Shown here piece after piece: positions 17,725 through 25,665 of a DNA stretch of 64,000 nt. Position 1 is the first letter of the stretch, and each line of letters opens with the position of its first letter. Both the position numbers and the translations under genes were made by a program. The stretch comes from Candidatus Peribacteria bacterium RIFCSPHIGHO2_02_FULL_49_16 (GTDB taxonomy: Bacteria > Patescibacteriota > Gracilibacteria > Peribacterales > Peribacteraceae): assembly GCA_001788955.1 (NCBI GenBank), contig MFXT01000025.1:11332-75331 (forward strand), in the 5' to 3' direction. The notes under the pieces were generated by a model. That model had not been told where the DNA came from. It searched no databases and saw nothing but the letters and a program-made list of their open reading frames with translations.

Positions 17725-17727
17725 ATT

Positions 17728-18600
17728 TTAAAACCTCTTAAAGAAATAGTCTTCAACCGGACTCAATACTTCAAGAGGATCGATATGCTTGCCCCCGAGG
17801 ATGACTTCGAAGTGGACGTGCGGGCCTGTGGAGAGGAGCCCCGCTCCCGATGTTCCCGGCCTGCCTCCGGAACGGGCAATAGGCTGTCCTGCACTTACGT
17901 GTTGTCCCTCCTCAACAAGGAATTCGCTCACGTGACCGTAGAGGGTTGCAACACCTCCCTCATGAATGAGCGTCACCGCATTAAAGCCCAGTCCCCGATC
18001 CATAATGGAATGAACAACGCCACTGCGTGCCGCATGCACTATGGATCCCTGCTCTGCGGGAATATCCACTGCTTTGTGCGGGATACCGAATCGCGCTTCG
18101 TAATTGGGATCGTCAAAGATCGCGGAGAGACCGAGTACCGGCTCCACCGGCCACGTAAGAAAGAGATCTTCATTCGGACCGGAATACCGCTCTGTCCATG
18201 CGATCGCATCATTCTGCAACGACCATAGACTCTCTAACGCGGTGCGGATTTGATCCTCCGCTTTGTGTTCGTCTTCGATAAGTGCAATGAGTTCCTCACG
18301 CAATTTCTGCCAATCGGGATGAATTGCCAATTCTCCGTAGGAACGGCGTTCCTCTTCGAGGATATGCAACTGGTAACGCAGAATCTCTTCTTTTCTCTGG
18401 AGCACCTCTTGTAACAAACGCCCCTGGCGCACGTCTTCCTCCGCTGCCCGTACGGCCATCACCGTCTTCTCTCCATCACCGCCAATCGCCGTTGAGAGCA
18501 AATGTGATGTGCTCTCCGAAAATCCCGTCGAGAAGACCACAATCGTTCCGAGACCTAGAAGAAACAGCCGGAATCGCGTCTTTGGATGTGGAGTGTGCAT
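17728..18600 (-). CDS. M23 family peptidase with an N-terminal coiled coil (EnvC-like)
   Basis: HKAVDI, TLIHEGGVATLYGH and GPHVHFEV. The N-terminal TM is followed by a heptad-rich region. Confidence 0.85.
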   Translation of the reverse strand: MHTPHPKTRFRLFLLGLGTIVVFSTGFSESTSHLLSTAIGGDGEKTVMAVRAAEEDVRQGRLLQEVLQRKEEILRYQLHILEEERRSYGELAIHPDWQKLREELIALIEDEHKAEDQIRTALESLWSLQNDAIAWTERYSGPNEDLFLTWPVEPVLGLSAIFDDPNYEARFGIPHKAVDIPAEQGSIVHAARSGVVHSIMDRGLGFNAVTLIHEGGVATLYGHVSEFLVEEGQHVSAGQPIARSGGRPGTSGAGLLSTGPHVHFEVILGGKHIDPLEVLSPVEDYFFKRF

Positions 18601-18610
18601 GTTTCTTTTT

Positions 18611-18619
18611 AGTATAGCA
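18611..18619 (-). promoter_or_regulatory. extended -10 TGcTATACT, 10 nt upstream of the M23 peptidase ATG at 18600
   Basis: Minus strand reads TGCTATACTAAAAAGAAACATG. Confidence 0.45.
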
Positions 18620-18653
18620 GATGGAGCTTTTGAAAAACAGCGACTATACTGTG

Positions 18654-18671
18654 CTTATAGGCGCGTAGCTC
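18654..18671 (+). repeat. 18-nt perfect direct repeat of the tRNA-Trp 5' flank plus its first 13 nt (second copy at 18763-18780)
   Basis: CTTATAGGCGCGTAGCTC occurs twice, 109 nt apart. After the repeat the first copy diverges into a GC hairpin (GCCCC-TTC-GGGGC, 18680-18692). Confidence 0.8.
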
Positions 18672-18767
18672 CAGCCTTCGCCCCTTCGGGGCTACGGCCG
18701 GCAAGCAGTTTCCAACTTCGCTTGGCTTCAGTACTCTCCTTGCAAAGATCGTGTTCATTCATCTTAT

Positions 18768-18843
18768 AGGCGCGTAGCTCAGTTGGTAGAGCACAGGTCT
18801 CCAAAACCTGGGGTCGCAGGTTCGATCCCTGCCGCGCCTGCCA
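18768..18843 (+). tRNA. tRNA-Trp (CCA)
   Basis: AGGCGCGTAGCTCAGTTGGTAGAGCACAGGTCTCCAAAACCTGGGGTCGCAGGTTCGATCCCTGCCGCGCCTGCCA. Anticodon loop is CTCCAAA. CCA is encoded. Confidence 0.95.
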
Positions 18844-18943
18844 GAATTAAAACCTTTCAAACCGCATTCCAGAATGTGTTATCTGCGAGCGGTCGGCCAT
18901 AGCCCGAAGGCGACGGCTGACCGCGCCTGCCACATTGAAAACA

Positions 18944-19360
18944 TCACCGCTGTGCAAAAATCTCCTCCCCCATTTCCGCATTCGGAGCAGAAATACGGAT
19001 GGCGCCATTTGACATTTTCTGTACGCGGTATTCGGTGCTGCGCTCGTCAGTCGCAAAGGGGTCGATGGCGAGACGGTTGTCGGGAAGATAGATTGTCAGA
19101 TCGGAAAAATCGAGCAGTCCCGTGCAATCGGTACGTTCTGTACGGCAAATCTCCTGCGGCTCCTCAAGGAACATCACCGGAAATTGTTCCCGATGATTCA
19201 CGGCATACTGGTAGAGCGCATCGAGAATGCGTTCTGTATCCTGCCGACGCTGATTATTTCGATCCTCCGGCGTCTGTGCGCTCATATTCCAACCTATCGC
19301 AGCAATCGTCCCAAAAAAGAGAAGAATGAAGAAACCAATAAGAAGTTCGAGGCGGGTCAC
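18944..19360 (-). CDS. pilin paralogue lacking a canonical prepilin leader
   Basis: Homologous to the 6461-6901 pilin (NQRRQDTERILDALYQYAV..EIC.....CTG versus AQRRSDVNSILNAVYQYSI..EIC.....CTG). The proposed GTG start at 19360 has TATACT 8 nt upstream. The ORF-track ATG at 19462 would overlap topA by 83 nt. Confidence 0.65.
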   Translation of the reverse strand: MTRLELLIGFFILLFFGTIAAIGWNMSAQTPEDRNNQRRQDTERILDALYQYAVNHREQFPVMFLEEPQEICRTERTDCTGLLDFSDLTIYLPDNRLAIDPFATDERSTEYRVQKMSNGAIRISAPNAEMGEEIFAQR

Positions 19361-19379
19361 AGGAAACAAGTATAGTGAT

Positions 19380-21713
19380 TCATCCCCGTCCCTTCCATCT
19401 TCTTCCCGGCCCCCTTTTTCGTTTCTTTTCCAAAAGTTCCACCGCTTTTTCAAAGGTGACATCCTCCGGTTTCAATTTTGTACCGAGGGACGCATTCGTT
19501 TTTCCGTCCGTGACATACGGACCGAAGCGCCCGGTTTTGACGAGGATTTCTTTGCCGGACGCCGAATCTTTTCCGAGAGACGCAAGAGGTTCCTTCGCAA
19601 CCTTCTGTTCTTCCTGTTTTTCGGTGAGAAACATGACTGCTTCTTCTTTCGTAATGAGAATTGGGTCTTTTTCCTTCGGAATGGATACGGTAACGTCGCC
19701 GCATTTGATATACGGACCGAAGCGGCCAAGATGGACTTCGATTTCCTTCTTATCTTTGAGTCCCAACTGTCGTGGAAATGCGAGAAGTGAGAGTGCCTGA
19801 TCAAGCGTCACGTCATCCATGGGAATATGCTTCGGCACCGACGCGGTCTTTCCTTTTCTTCCACCGGTCCATTTCACTTTTTTCCCCTTCTCATTTTTTT
19901 CCATTTCGCCCACTTGCACATACGGACCGAAGCGTCCGAGGCGCACATACACCGACAAGCCCGACTCCCCGTCTTCTCCAAGAACGCGTTCTTTTTTTAC
20001 ATCATCACGTGTGATCGTTTTTGTTTTTTTTTCCACAAGCGCACTGAAGGGTTCATAAAATTCCCGAAGGAACTTCACCCACTCCTGCTTCCCTTCACTG
20101 ATGTTATCGAGCGACTGCTCCATCTGTGCCGTGAAGTCGAGATCCACAATGTCACGGAAATGTTCTGCAAGAAGATCGATCACAAGGAATGCGATATCGG
20201 TCGGTTTCAACTGCTTTCCTTCTTTCTCAATATATCCGCGCTGCAAAATCGTGCTGATCGTCGGCGCATACGTACTCGGACGGCCGATGCCTTCTTCTTC
20301 CAATTTCTTCACCAAGCTTGCTTCCGTATAGCGCGGCGGCGGTTTCGTAAAATGTTGTTCGGGAAGGAGCTCATCCAATAGTAATCCTTGCCCCTCCGTA
20401 AGAGGGGGCAACATCTTCTCATTCTCGTCTTCGTTATTCGTTGCGCGTTTCTCGTTGCTTGTTTCGTCACGCCCTTCGGAATACACACGGAAATATCCAT
20501 CGAACCGCACCACCTGTCCCGTCGCGCGAAACGTGTACGCGCCGACCTCAATATCAACGCCCGTACGCTCGAGAATCGCCGGAGGCATTTGGGTTGCCAT
20601 CGTGCGATTCCAAATGAGCGTGTAGAGCTTCAATTGCTGGCGATCGAGACTGTCATTCAAGGACTGCGGTGTGCGATCGCATTCCGTTGGACGAATGGCC
20701 TCATGCGCTTCCTGTGCTCCTTTTGACTTTGTTTTGTACCGACGCGGGCTTGAGAGCACATATTCCCGTCCAAACTGTTCTTCGATGACACGAATCGCAT
20801 CGACGAGCGCCTTCTCACTCAAGCTGACGGAATCCGTACGCATGTAGGTGATGAGACCGGTTTCATAGAGTTGCTGGGCCACCATCATCGTTTGCTTCAC
20901 CGAGAATCCCAATTTGCGCGACGCCTCCTGCTGCAGCGTCGATGTCGTGAATGGCGGCGGAGGCGTGCGCTGTACTTCTTTTCGCGCTACGGCGCAGACC
21001 GACCACGATACTCCTTCTAGTTCTTTCAACACCTTCTTCGCGTCTGATTCCTGCACAAGATTCACGTCTTTTCCGTCTTTCCGTTTCAGAGACGCCGTAA
21101 CGTGCTCATCTTTTTCCGTATGCAGATGCGCATCGATCGTCCAGTATTCCTGTGATGCAAATGCGCGAATCTCGCGCTCGCGATCGACGATGATGCGTAC
21201 GGCAACGGATTGCACGCGTCCCGCAGACAGCCCCTGACGAACTTTCTTCCAAAGAAACGGAGACAAGGTATATCCCACAAGCCTGTCGAGCACGCGGCGC
21301 GCCTGCTGTGCATCGACAAGATGCATTGATAATGTGCGCGGATGATCGACTGCTTCGCGAATGGCCGAGGCCGTGATCTCGTGGAAAACGATGCGCTTGA
21401 CGGTTCTCGGATTCTGCTTAAGAACTTCTGCGATATGCCATCCAATCGCCTCCCCTTCACGATCTTCATCTGTCGCAATCCAGAGATCCTCCGCTTCTTT
21501 GAGCGCGCTTTTCAGACGTCGTACAACAGTCGCTTTCTCTTTTGGCACTTCGTATGTAGGACGAAAATCATCGCCGGTATCGACGCCAAGAGTATGTCCC
21601 GGCAAATCACGAATGTGTCCCATGCTCGCTTCGACGGCATAGTCTTTCCCAAGAAATCGTTTGATTGTCTTGGCCTTTGCGGGACTCTCTACCACGAGAA
21701 GATGTTTTGTCAT
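19380..21713 (-). CDS. topA: DNA topoisomerase I
   Basis: TOPRIM N-terminus MTKHLLVVESPAKAKTIKRFLG. Three cysteine-free C-terminal repeats (GRFGPYVQVGE, GRFGPYIKCGD, GRFGPYVTDGK). Confidence 0.95.
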   Translation of the reverse strand: MTKHLLVVESPAKAKTIKRFLGKDYAVEASMGHIRDLPGHTLGVDTGDDFRPTYEVPKEKATVVRRLKSALKEAEDLWIATDEDREGEAIGWHIAEVLKQNPRTVKRIVFHEITASAIREAVDHPRTLSMHLVDAQQARRVLDRLVGYTLSPFLWKKVRQGLSAGRVQSVAVRIIVDREREIRAFASQEYWTIDAHLHTEKDEHVTASLKRKDGKDVNLVQESDAKKVLKELEGVSWSVCAVARKEVQRTPPPPFTTSTLQQEASRKLGFSVKQTMMVAQQLYETGLITYMRTDSVSLSEKALVDAIRVIEEQFGREYVLSSPRRYKTKSKGAQEAHEAIRPTECDRTPQSLNDSLDRQQLKLYTLIWNRTMATQMPPAILERTGVDIEVGAYTFRATGQVVRFDGYFRVYSEGRDETSNEKRATNNEDENEKMLPPLTEGQGLLLDELLPEQHFTKPPPRYTEASLVKKLEEEGIGRPSTYAPTISTILQRGYIEKEGKQLKPTDIAFLVIDLLAEHFRDIVDLDFTAQMEQSLDNISEGKQEWVKFLREFYEPFSALVEKKTKTITRDDVKKERVLGEDGESGLSVYVRLGRFGPYVQVGEMEKNEKGKKVKWTGGRKGKTASVPKHIPMDDVTLDQALSLLAFPRQLGLKDKKEIEVHLGRFGPYIKCGDVTVSIPKEKDPILITKEEAVMFLTEKQEEQKVAKEPLASLGKDSASGKEILVKTGRFGPYVTDGKTNASLGTKLKPEDVTFEKAVELLEKKRKRGPGRRWKGRG

Positions 21714-21893
21714 TTAAGGGAACTATGAAAAGGAAAACGCACATACACTACGCGATACTATGGGACTCTCTCAAGGGGGGACTTGATTCTTTTCTGAAAT
21801 GAAAAACAAAAACAATGATCATCTTTTGAGATCACAGTTTTTGGCTTCAATGCAACATTGTACCACACTCTATGCTTTTGAAAGAACTTACGT

Positions 21894-21907
21894 GGCTTGC
21901 GCAAGCC
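21894..21907. promoter_or_regulatory. perfect 14-bp palindrome GGCTTGCGCAAGCC overlapping the putative -35 of the hup promoter
   Basis: TTGCGC (21897-21902), 16-nt spacer, TAGACT (21919-21924). It lies 51 nt upstream of the hup ATG. Confidence 0.35.
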
Positions 21908-21957
21908 CTTTCATCATGTAGACTTCGTCATATCATTATTTTCTACCCTTCTTCGCT

Positions 21958-22239
21958 ATGTCCATGTCCAAACAAGACCTGATCGCTATCATTGCTGATG
22001 CTTCCGGCATCACGAAGCGTTCTGCTTCCAGTGCTCTTGACGCACTCACGTCAACGGTCATGAAGGAATTGAAGAGAGGGAACACGGTTACTATCACAGG
22101 GTTCGGAACATTTCGTGTGTCCAAGCGTCAGGCACGCACCGGTGTCAATCCACGCAACCCCAGTCAGAAGATCTCCATTCCTTCCATGAAGGTCCCTTCC
22201 TTCAAGGCTGGAAAGACTCTAAAAGACGCTGTGCGATAA
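21958..22239 (+). CDS. hup: HU family nucleoid-associated DNA-binding protein
   Basis: 93 aa; ...GFGTFRVSKRQARTGVNPRNPSQKISIPSMKVPSFKAGKTLKDAV. Confidence 0.95.
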   Translation: MSMSKQDLIAIIADASGITKRSASSALDALTSTVMKELKRGNTVTITGFGTFRVSKRQARTGVNPRNPSQKISIPSMKVPSFKAGKTLKDAVR

Positions 22240-22260
22240 ATACAAAGGATTTTTCCTATG

Positions 22261-22286
22261 AAAAAGCCTCCGCTAGGGGGCTTTTT
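22261..22286 (+). terminator. intrinsic (bidirectional-type) terminator after hup
   Basis: AAAAA-GCCTCC-GCTA-GGGGGC-TTTTT. Confidence 0.7.
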
Positions 22287-22323
22287 GAGCGTAGTACCTC
22301 TCCTATGCTACACTTCCCTCCCC

Positions 22324-22866
22324 ATGAATTACGATCTGATCATAGCCACCCTCGGTTCTCTTCTGGAGCATCTCCATTTTCCCTTCACAAACATTACAAC
22401 TGCGCATGAAGAGGATTATGTGCGCATCACGATTGATGCACCAGAGCCGAGCCGAATCATTGGCTGGCATGGAGAAACGCTCAATAGTCTTCAGCAAGTA
22501 CTGAAGTCCATCATCCGCACCAAAGAGAAACTCGATCGCGCACCATTCATTATTCTCGACATCGACAATTACCGAAAGATGCAGGAAGACAAAGTGCGCA
22601 TCGCCGCAGATAAGAAAGCGGACTTCGTGCGTCGCACGGGAAATCGCATTGCACTCGCTCCCATGAATCCGTATTTCCGTCGCATCGCACACCTTCATGT
22701 TGCCAATTCTCCAGAGTTGCATGATCTAACAACAATGAGCATAGGCGAAGGCGATTATCGACAAGTCGTGCTGCGTTTGAAAGAGGAAAAAGACAAGAGA
22801 ACAAGCGGAGAAGAACTGGCTCCGGTCATTGCCGAAGATGATGGACTCGAAAATCTGGATATATGA
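22324..22866 (+). CDS. jag: Jag/KhpB-like RNA-binding protein (KH + R3H domains)
   Basis: KH GXXG motif as IIGWHGETLNSLQ. R3H motif as NPYFRRIAHLHV. Met23 was chosen because the ORF-track start at 22258 lies inside the hup terminator. Confidence 0.8.
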   Translation: MNYDLIIATLGSLLEHLHFPFTNITTAHEEDYVRITIDAPEPSRIIGWHGETLNSLQQVLKSIIRTKEKLDRAPFIILDIDNYRKMQEDKVRIAADKKADFVRRTGNRIALAPMNPYFRRIAHLHVANSPELHDLTTMSIGEGDYRQVVLRLKEEKDKRTSGEELAPVIAEDDGLENLDI

Positions 22867-22895
22867 GAAGAGGTCAGGATGAAACATTTTTGTTC

Positions 22896-23945
22896 CTACC
22901 TTCCTACATCTCTCCATTCCTCTACGAGCTTCCTTTCCGCCCGTGACAATTTTTTCGGAATGTCCACATGGACAGTGACGTACTGATCTCCATGACGGAT
23001 CGTACCGAGAACCGGCATGCCCTTGCCTTTTAAACGAAAAACCTGTCCCGGTTGCGTGCCTGCAGGAACTTTCAATTCCACAGTGCCATGGACAGTTTCA
23101 ATCGATTTCTCTGTTCCCAGAAGCACATCGAGAACAGAGAGCGTCGTTGATGAGCGAATATCATCACCATCACGCTTGAAACGCCGATCTTTTTCTACGC
23201 GAACAGTGACAAAGAGATCATCCGATCCCTGTGTGTGCGGCGCACTGTCTCCCTCGCCGCGCAATCGCAAAGTTTGTCCATCGGCGATCCCTGCGGGAAT
23301 ATCCACCGTCACTTCCTCCCGCTTCTGCACCCTGCCTTCCCCTTTGCATTCGCTGCAAGAAACACGCGATACTTTTCCGGATCCATGACACACCCTGCAC
23401 AATACACTCTGTTGGATGACGCCGAATAAGGACTGTGCCGTACGTACAACTTGACCTGTTCCTCCACAATCCGAACAGGTTATGAGTTCACATGCAGCGC
23501 ACGTTCGCCAGCGCGTGAGCGAAAACGTTTTTTTCACACCCGTGACGCTTTCCATGAAATCAATTTCGAGCAGCAATTCACGAGGGGTGGTGCGCCGCCC
23601 CGCTGTACTCTGTCTTCCATCTCCGCCAAAAACGCCCTCAAAGATATCGGAGAAGTTTCCGAAACCACCCGAGGCAAACCCTGAAAAATCGAATCCTCCA
23701 AAGGGACTCCCGCTTCCTTCGCCGGGGGCTCCCGTTGTCCCGAACTGATCGTACATACGCTTCTTTTCTGGATGAGAAAGCACTTCATACGCTTCATTGA
23801 TTTCCTTAAACTTCTGCTCGGCTTCTTTCTCTCCCTTATGCTTATCCGGATGCCACTTCTTGCTTAAATTACGATAAGCACGTCTGATATCATCAGGTGA
23901 TGTATCTTTAGATATGCCGAGAATCGAATAGAAATCTTTTGCCAT
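22896..23945 (-). CDS. dnaJ: molecular chaperone DnaJ
   Basis: J-domain with HPD (KKWHPDKH), a G/F-rich linker, and four CxxC pairs (CAAC, CSDCGGTG, CRVCHGSG, CSECKGEG). Confidence 0.93.
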   Translation of the reverse strand: MAKDFYSILGISKDTSPDDIRRAYRNLSKKWHPDKHKGEKEAEQKFKEINEAYEVLSHPEKKRMYDQFGTTGAPGEGSGSPFGGFDFSGFASGGFGNFSDIFEGVFGGDGRQSTAGRRTTPRELLLEIDFMESVTGVKKTFSLTRWRTCAACELITCSDCGGTGQVVRTAQSLFGVIQQSVLCRVCHGSGKVSRVSCSECKGEGRVQKREEVTVDIPAGIADGQTLRLRGEGDSAPHTQGSDDLFVTVRVEKDRRFKRDGDDIRSSTTLSVLDVLLGTEKSIETVHGTVELKVPAGTQPGQVFRLKGKGMPVLGTIRHGDQYVTVHVDIPKKLSRAERKLVEEWRDVGR

Positions 23946-24011
23946 ACTGAAGATGATTTTAGAGAAGCATTTCCCTTCTCGCCAACCAACCTATACATAT
24001 TTTCACGTATG

Positions 24012-24020
24012 TGATATACT
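24012..24020 (+). promoter_or_regulatory. extended -10 TGaTATACT, 3 nt before ATGATG (leaderless arrangement)
   Basis: Sequence is gTGaTATACTattATGATGctt. This is the same geometry as at 2969-2983. Confidence 0.5.
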
Positions 24021-24023
24021 ATT

Positions 24024-25049
24024 ATGATGCTTTTTCGACTACTCATCATCATCATGAGCGGTCTTGGATGTGCAGTCGTTGGCGCCATTGTCTTGTTTTC
24101 CCATGCGCCGGCGCTCCAGGCGCGCCTCGCGCCCGTGCCAGTACAGCATCGCATTCCGTGGCACTTCATTACGCAGGAAGATATTACCAATGGCACCACT
24201 GTTCTCGCAGACACGCACGTCGCCTTTCATCTTCCCGATACGTTTGATGTCATTGACGGCGACATACTCTTCGGGCGACAAGGAGACAAAGTACGTTACT
24301 GGGGATATTGTCTTCCCCAAAACTACGATCCACAGACGGCGCTTCGCCGCAGCGGACTTCCCGGTCTTCTCTTTCTTTCGAAAGCCGAACAGGAAGTGCG
24401 AAGACAATTGGAATTGCCGCCCGAAAAGCGCTTCTCTATACGCTATCCGCCGCTCACCAAAGCAGAACTTGAACCGGAAAAACGGAAAGCATCCTCTATT
24501 CGCCATCAGTTTAATGACTTTAAACCATCGCAACTCTGCTACGTTATGACTGCAGCGGCGCTCCTCATGGGACTGGATACAGACGGCGATGGCCTCAATA
24601 CGAAATTTGAGCAGATGATCGGCACACACCCGGAAGTTGCCGATACCGATGGCGACGGACTTGATGATGGCGTTGAATACTTCTACGGATCACGTCCTCT
24701 CGCCCATCATCTTTCAGGGGAGCGCGCAGGCTTAAATCCGCTTTTGCAGGACAGTGATCTGGATGGCATCATCGACGGTATTGAAGATGCAAATCGCAAT
24801 GGCGGATTCGATCAGGGAGAAACAGATCCGCGAAAGAAGGATACCGATCGTGACGGGCTCTGTGACGGGCTTTGCATGACAAAAATCGGCCGGATGACGA
24901 TCCTCCTCGGTGAAGACAAAAACCTCAACGGACAAGTGGATGAAGGAGAAACCGACCCACGAAAAGCAGATTCAAATGGAGATGACATACCGGACTTCCA
25001 AGCCTACTTCAATTGCCAGGCAGGAATGGAGGAATATTGCATGGACTAG
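24024..25049 (+). CDS. membrane-anchored or secreted protein with thrombospondin type-3-like calcium-binding repeats
   Basis: N-terminal hydrophobic anchor. Repeats DTDGDGLNTKFE, DTDGDGLDDGVE, DSDLDGIIDGIED, ETDPRKKDTDRDGLCDG and ETDPRKADSNGDDIPD. Confidence 0.75.
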   Translation: MMLFRLLIIIMSGLGCAVVGAIVLFSHAPALQARLAPVPVQHRIPWHFITQEDITNGTTVLADTHVAFHLPDTFDVIDGDILFGRQGDKVRYWGYCLPQNYDPQTALRRSGLPGLLFLSKAEQEVRRQLELPPEKRFSIRYPPLTKAELEPEKRKASSIRHQFNDFKPSQLCYVMTAAALLMGLDTDGDGLNTKFEQMIGTHPEVADTDGDGLDDGVEYFYGSRPLAHHLSGERAGLNPLLQDSDLDGIIDGIEDANRNGGFDQGETDPRKKDTDRDGLCDGLCMTKIGRMTILLGEDKNLNGQVDEGETDPRKADSNGDDIPDFQAYFNCQAGMEEYCMD

Positions 25050-25084
25050 TACATATTTACCAATATTCTGCCATTCCCATCACT

Positions 25085-25615
25085 ATGGATTTATGGTACA
25101 ATGTTTTGATGTCCTTGAAACTGTTGCTCCGGCTGGTTGGCATGGGATTTCTTGTCTTGCCGATCTCCACTGCGGCTTACATCACTCCGGAACAGGCCGT
25201 TATGGACGATTGGCTCTGGCTGCCACCCACAAACACGGAAGCACATGATCGCGTACGCATGCAGCAACAGCGAAGCGCCGAGCGGCGCGAACGGGAGCAG
25301 GCGGCATATTTTTCCGCGCAGCATCCACCAGAGCCAAAACAAAAGGATATCGAATCCTCCTTCACAAAAGACCTCAATGACAGTCCTTTAGAAACGTCGT
25401 CTATCAGTGATGAAGAAGTGCGTCGCATGGCACAGATACTTGAAAGAATCGATAAACAACAGGCAAATATTTATGGAAATTACGGTTTGGGATCCGTACT
25501 CCATCATCGCCAAGCTCCTGTGACAGATACGGGACCGGCAAGTGCGGCTGCAGGACTGGCACTGATCAGTGTTGCAATCTGGACAGTACGAAGAGCATGG
25601 AGAAAAACAATCTAA
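25085..25615 (+). CDS. secreted hypothetical protein with a C-terminal tripartite anchor-like tail
   Basis: Signal-like MSLKLLLRLVGMGFLVLPISTAA. C-terminus PVTDTGPASAAAGLALISVAIWTVRRAWRKTI. The start is uncertain (25013, 25085 or 25109). Confidence 0.5.
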   Translation: MDLWYNVLMSLKLLLRLVGMGFLVLPISTAAYITPEQAVMDDWLWLPPTNTEAHDRVRMQQQRSAERREREQAAYFSAQHPPEPKQKDIESSFTKDLNDSPLETSSISDEEVRRMAQILERIDKQQANIYGNYGLGSVLHHRQAPVTDTGPASAAAGLALISVAIWTVRRAWRKTI

Positions 25616-25650
25616 TGAGGAGAACCGCAAGCGCGTGTTCTGTGTAGCGG

Positions 25651-25659
25651 TGATAGTAT
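25651..25659 (+). promoter_or_regulatory. extended -10 TGaTAGTAT, 6 nt before the recJ ATG
   Basis: Sequence is gTGaTAGTATtttttcATG. Confidence 0.45.
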
Positions 25660-25665
25660 TTTTTC

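Noticed and set aside
17419-17727. Tested whether the structured region is tmRNA, RNase P RNA, SRP (4.5S or long) RNA, or 6S RNA.
   Set aside because: On either strand there is no tRNA-like CCA end or tag ORF, no GAGGAAAGUCC / ACAGAA..GGCUUA P4 halves with an intervening specificity domain, and no GGAAGCAGC SRP domain IV motif. 6S RNA could not be excluded or supported by eye.
17465-17731. 88-aa ORF in the pgeF / M23 intergenic region as a protein gene.
   Set aside because: It has an implausible composition (Arg, Cys, Trp rich). Its start is upstream of the only promoter-like element, and it ends inside a terminator. It is treated instead as a candidate ncRNA region.
19516-19934. The exact 14-nt repeat TACGGACCGAAGCG occurs three times at 195- and 210-nt spacing (19516, 19711, 19921), which looks like a mini repeat array.
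   Set aside because: All copies are in frame inside topA and encode the RFGPY core of the three C-terminal topoisomerase repeats. This is protein-level repetition, not a CRISPR or other DNA repeat element.
22258-22323. N-terminal extensions offered by the ORF track. Examples: jag 22258, pgeF 16609, SLH 46891, pilC 10359, uvrB 33927, metK 45427, murA 54529, tsaB 58938, comM 48842, hsp20 27574, XRE 27557.
   Set aside because: The extensions overlap upstream genes, terminators, riboswitch or promoter elements, and lack similarity to family N-termini. Internal Met or GTG codons restore canonical N-termini and typical operon junctions.
23946-24023. Searched the dnaJ and hsp20 upstream regions for CIRCE (TTAGCACTC-N9-GAGTGCTAA) heat-shock operators.
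   Set aside because: No match. Only a short GAGAAG-N7-CTTCTC inverted repeat sits in the dnaJ leader, which is too weak to call.
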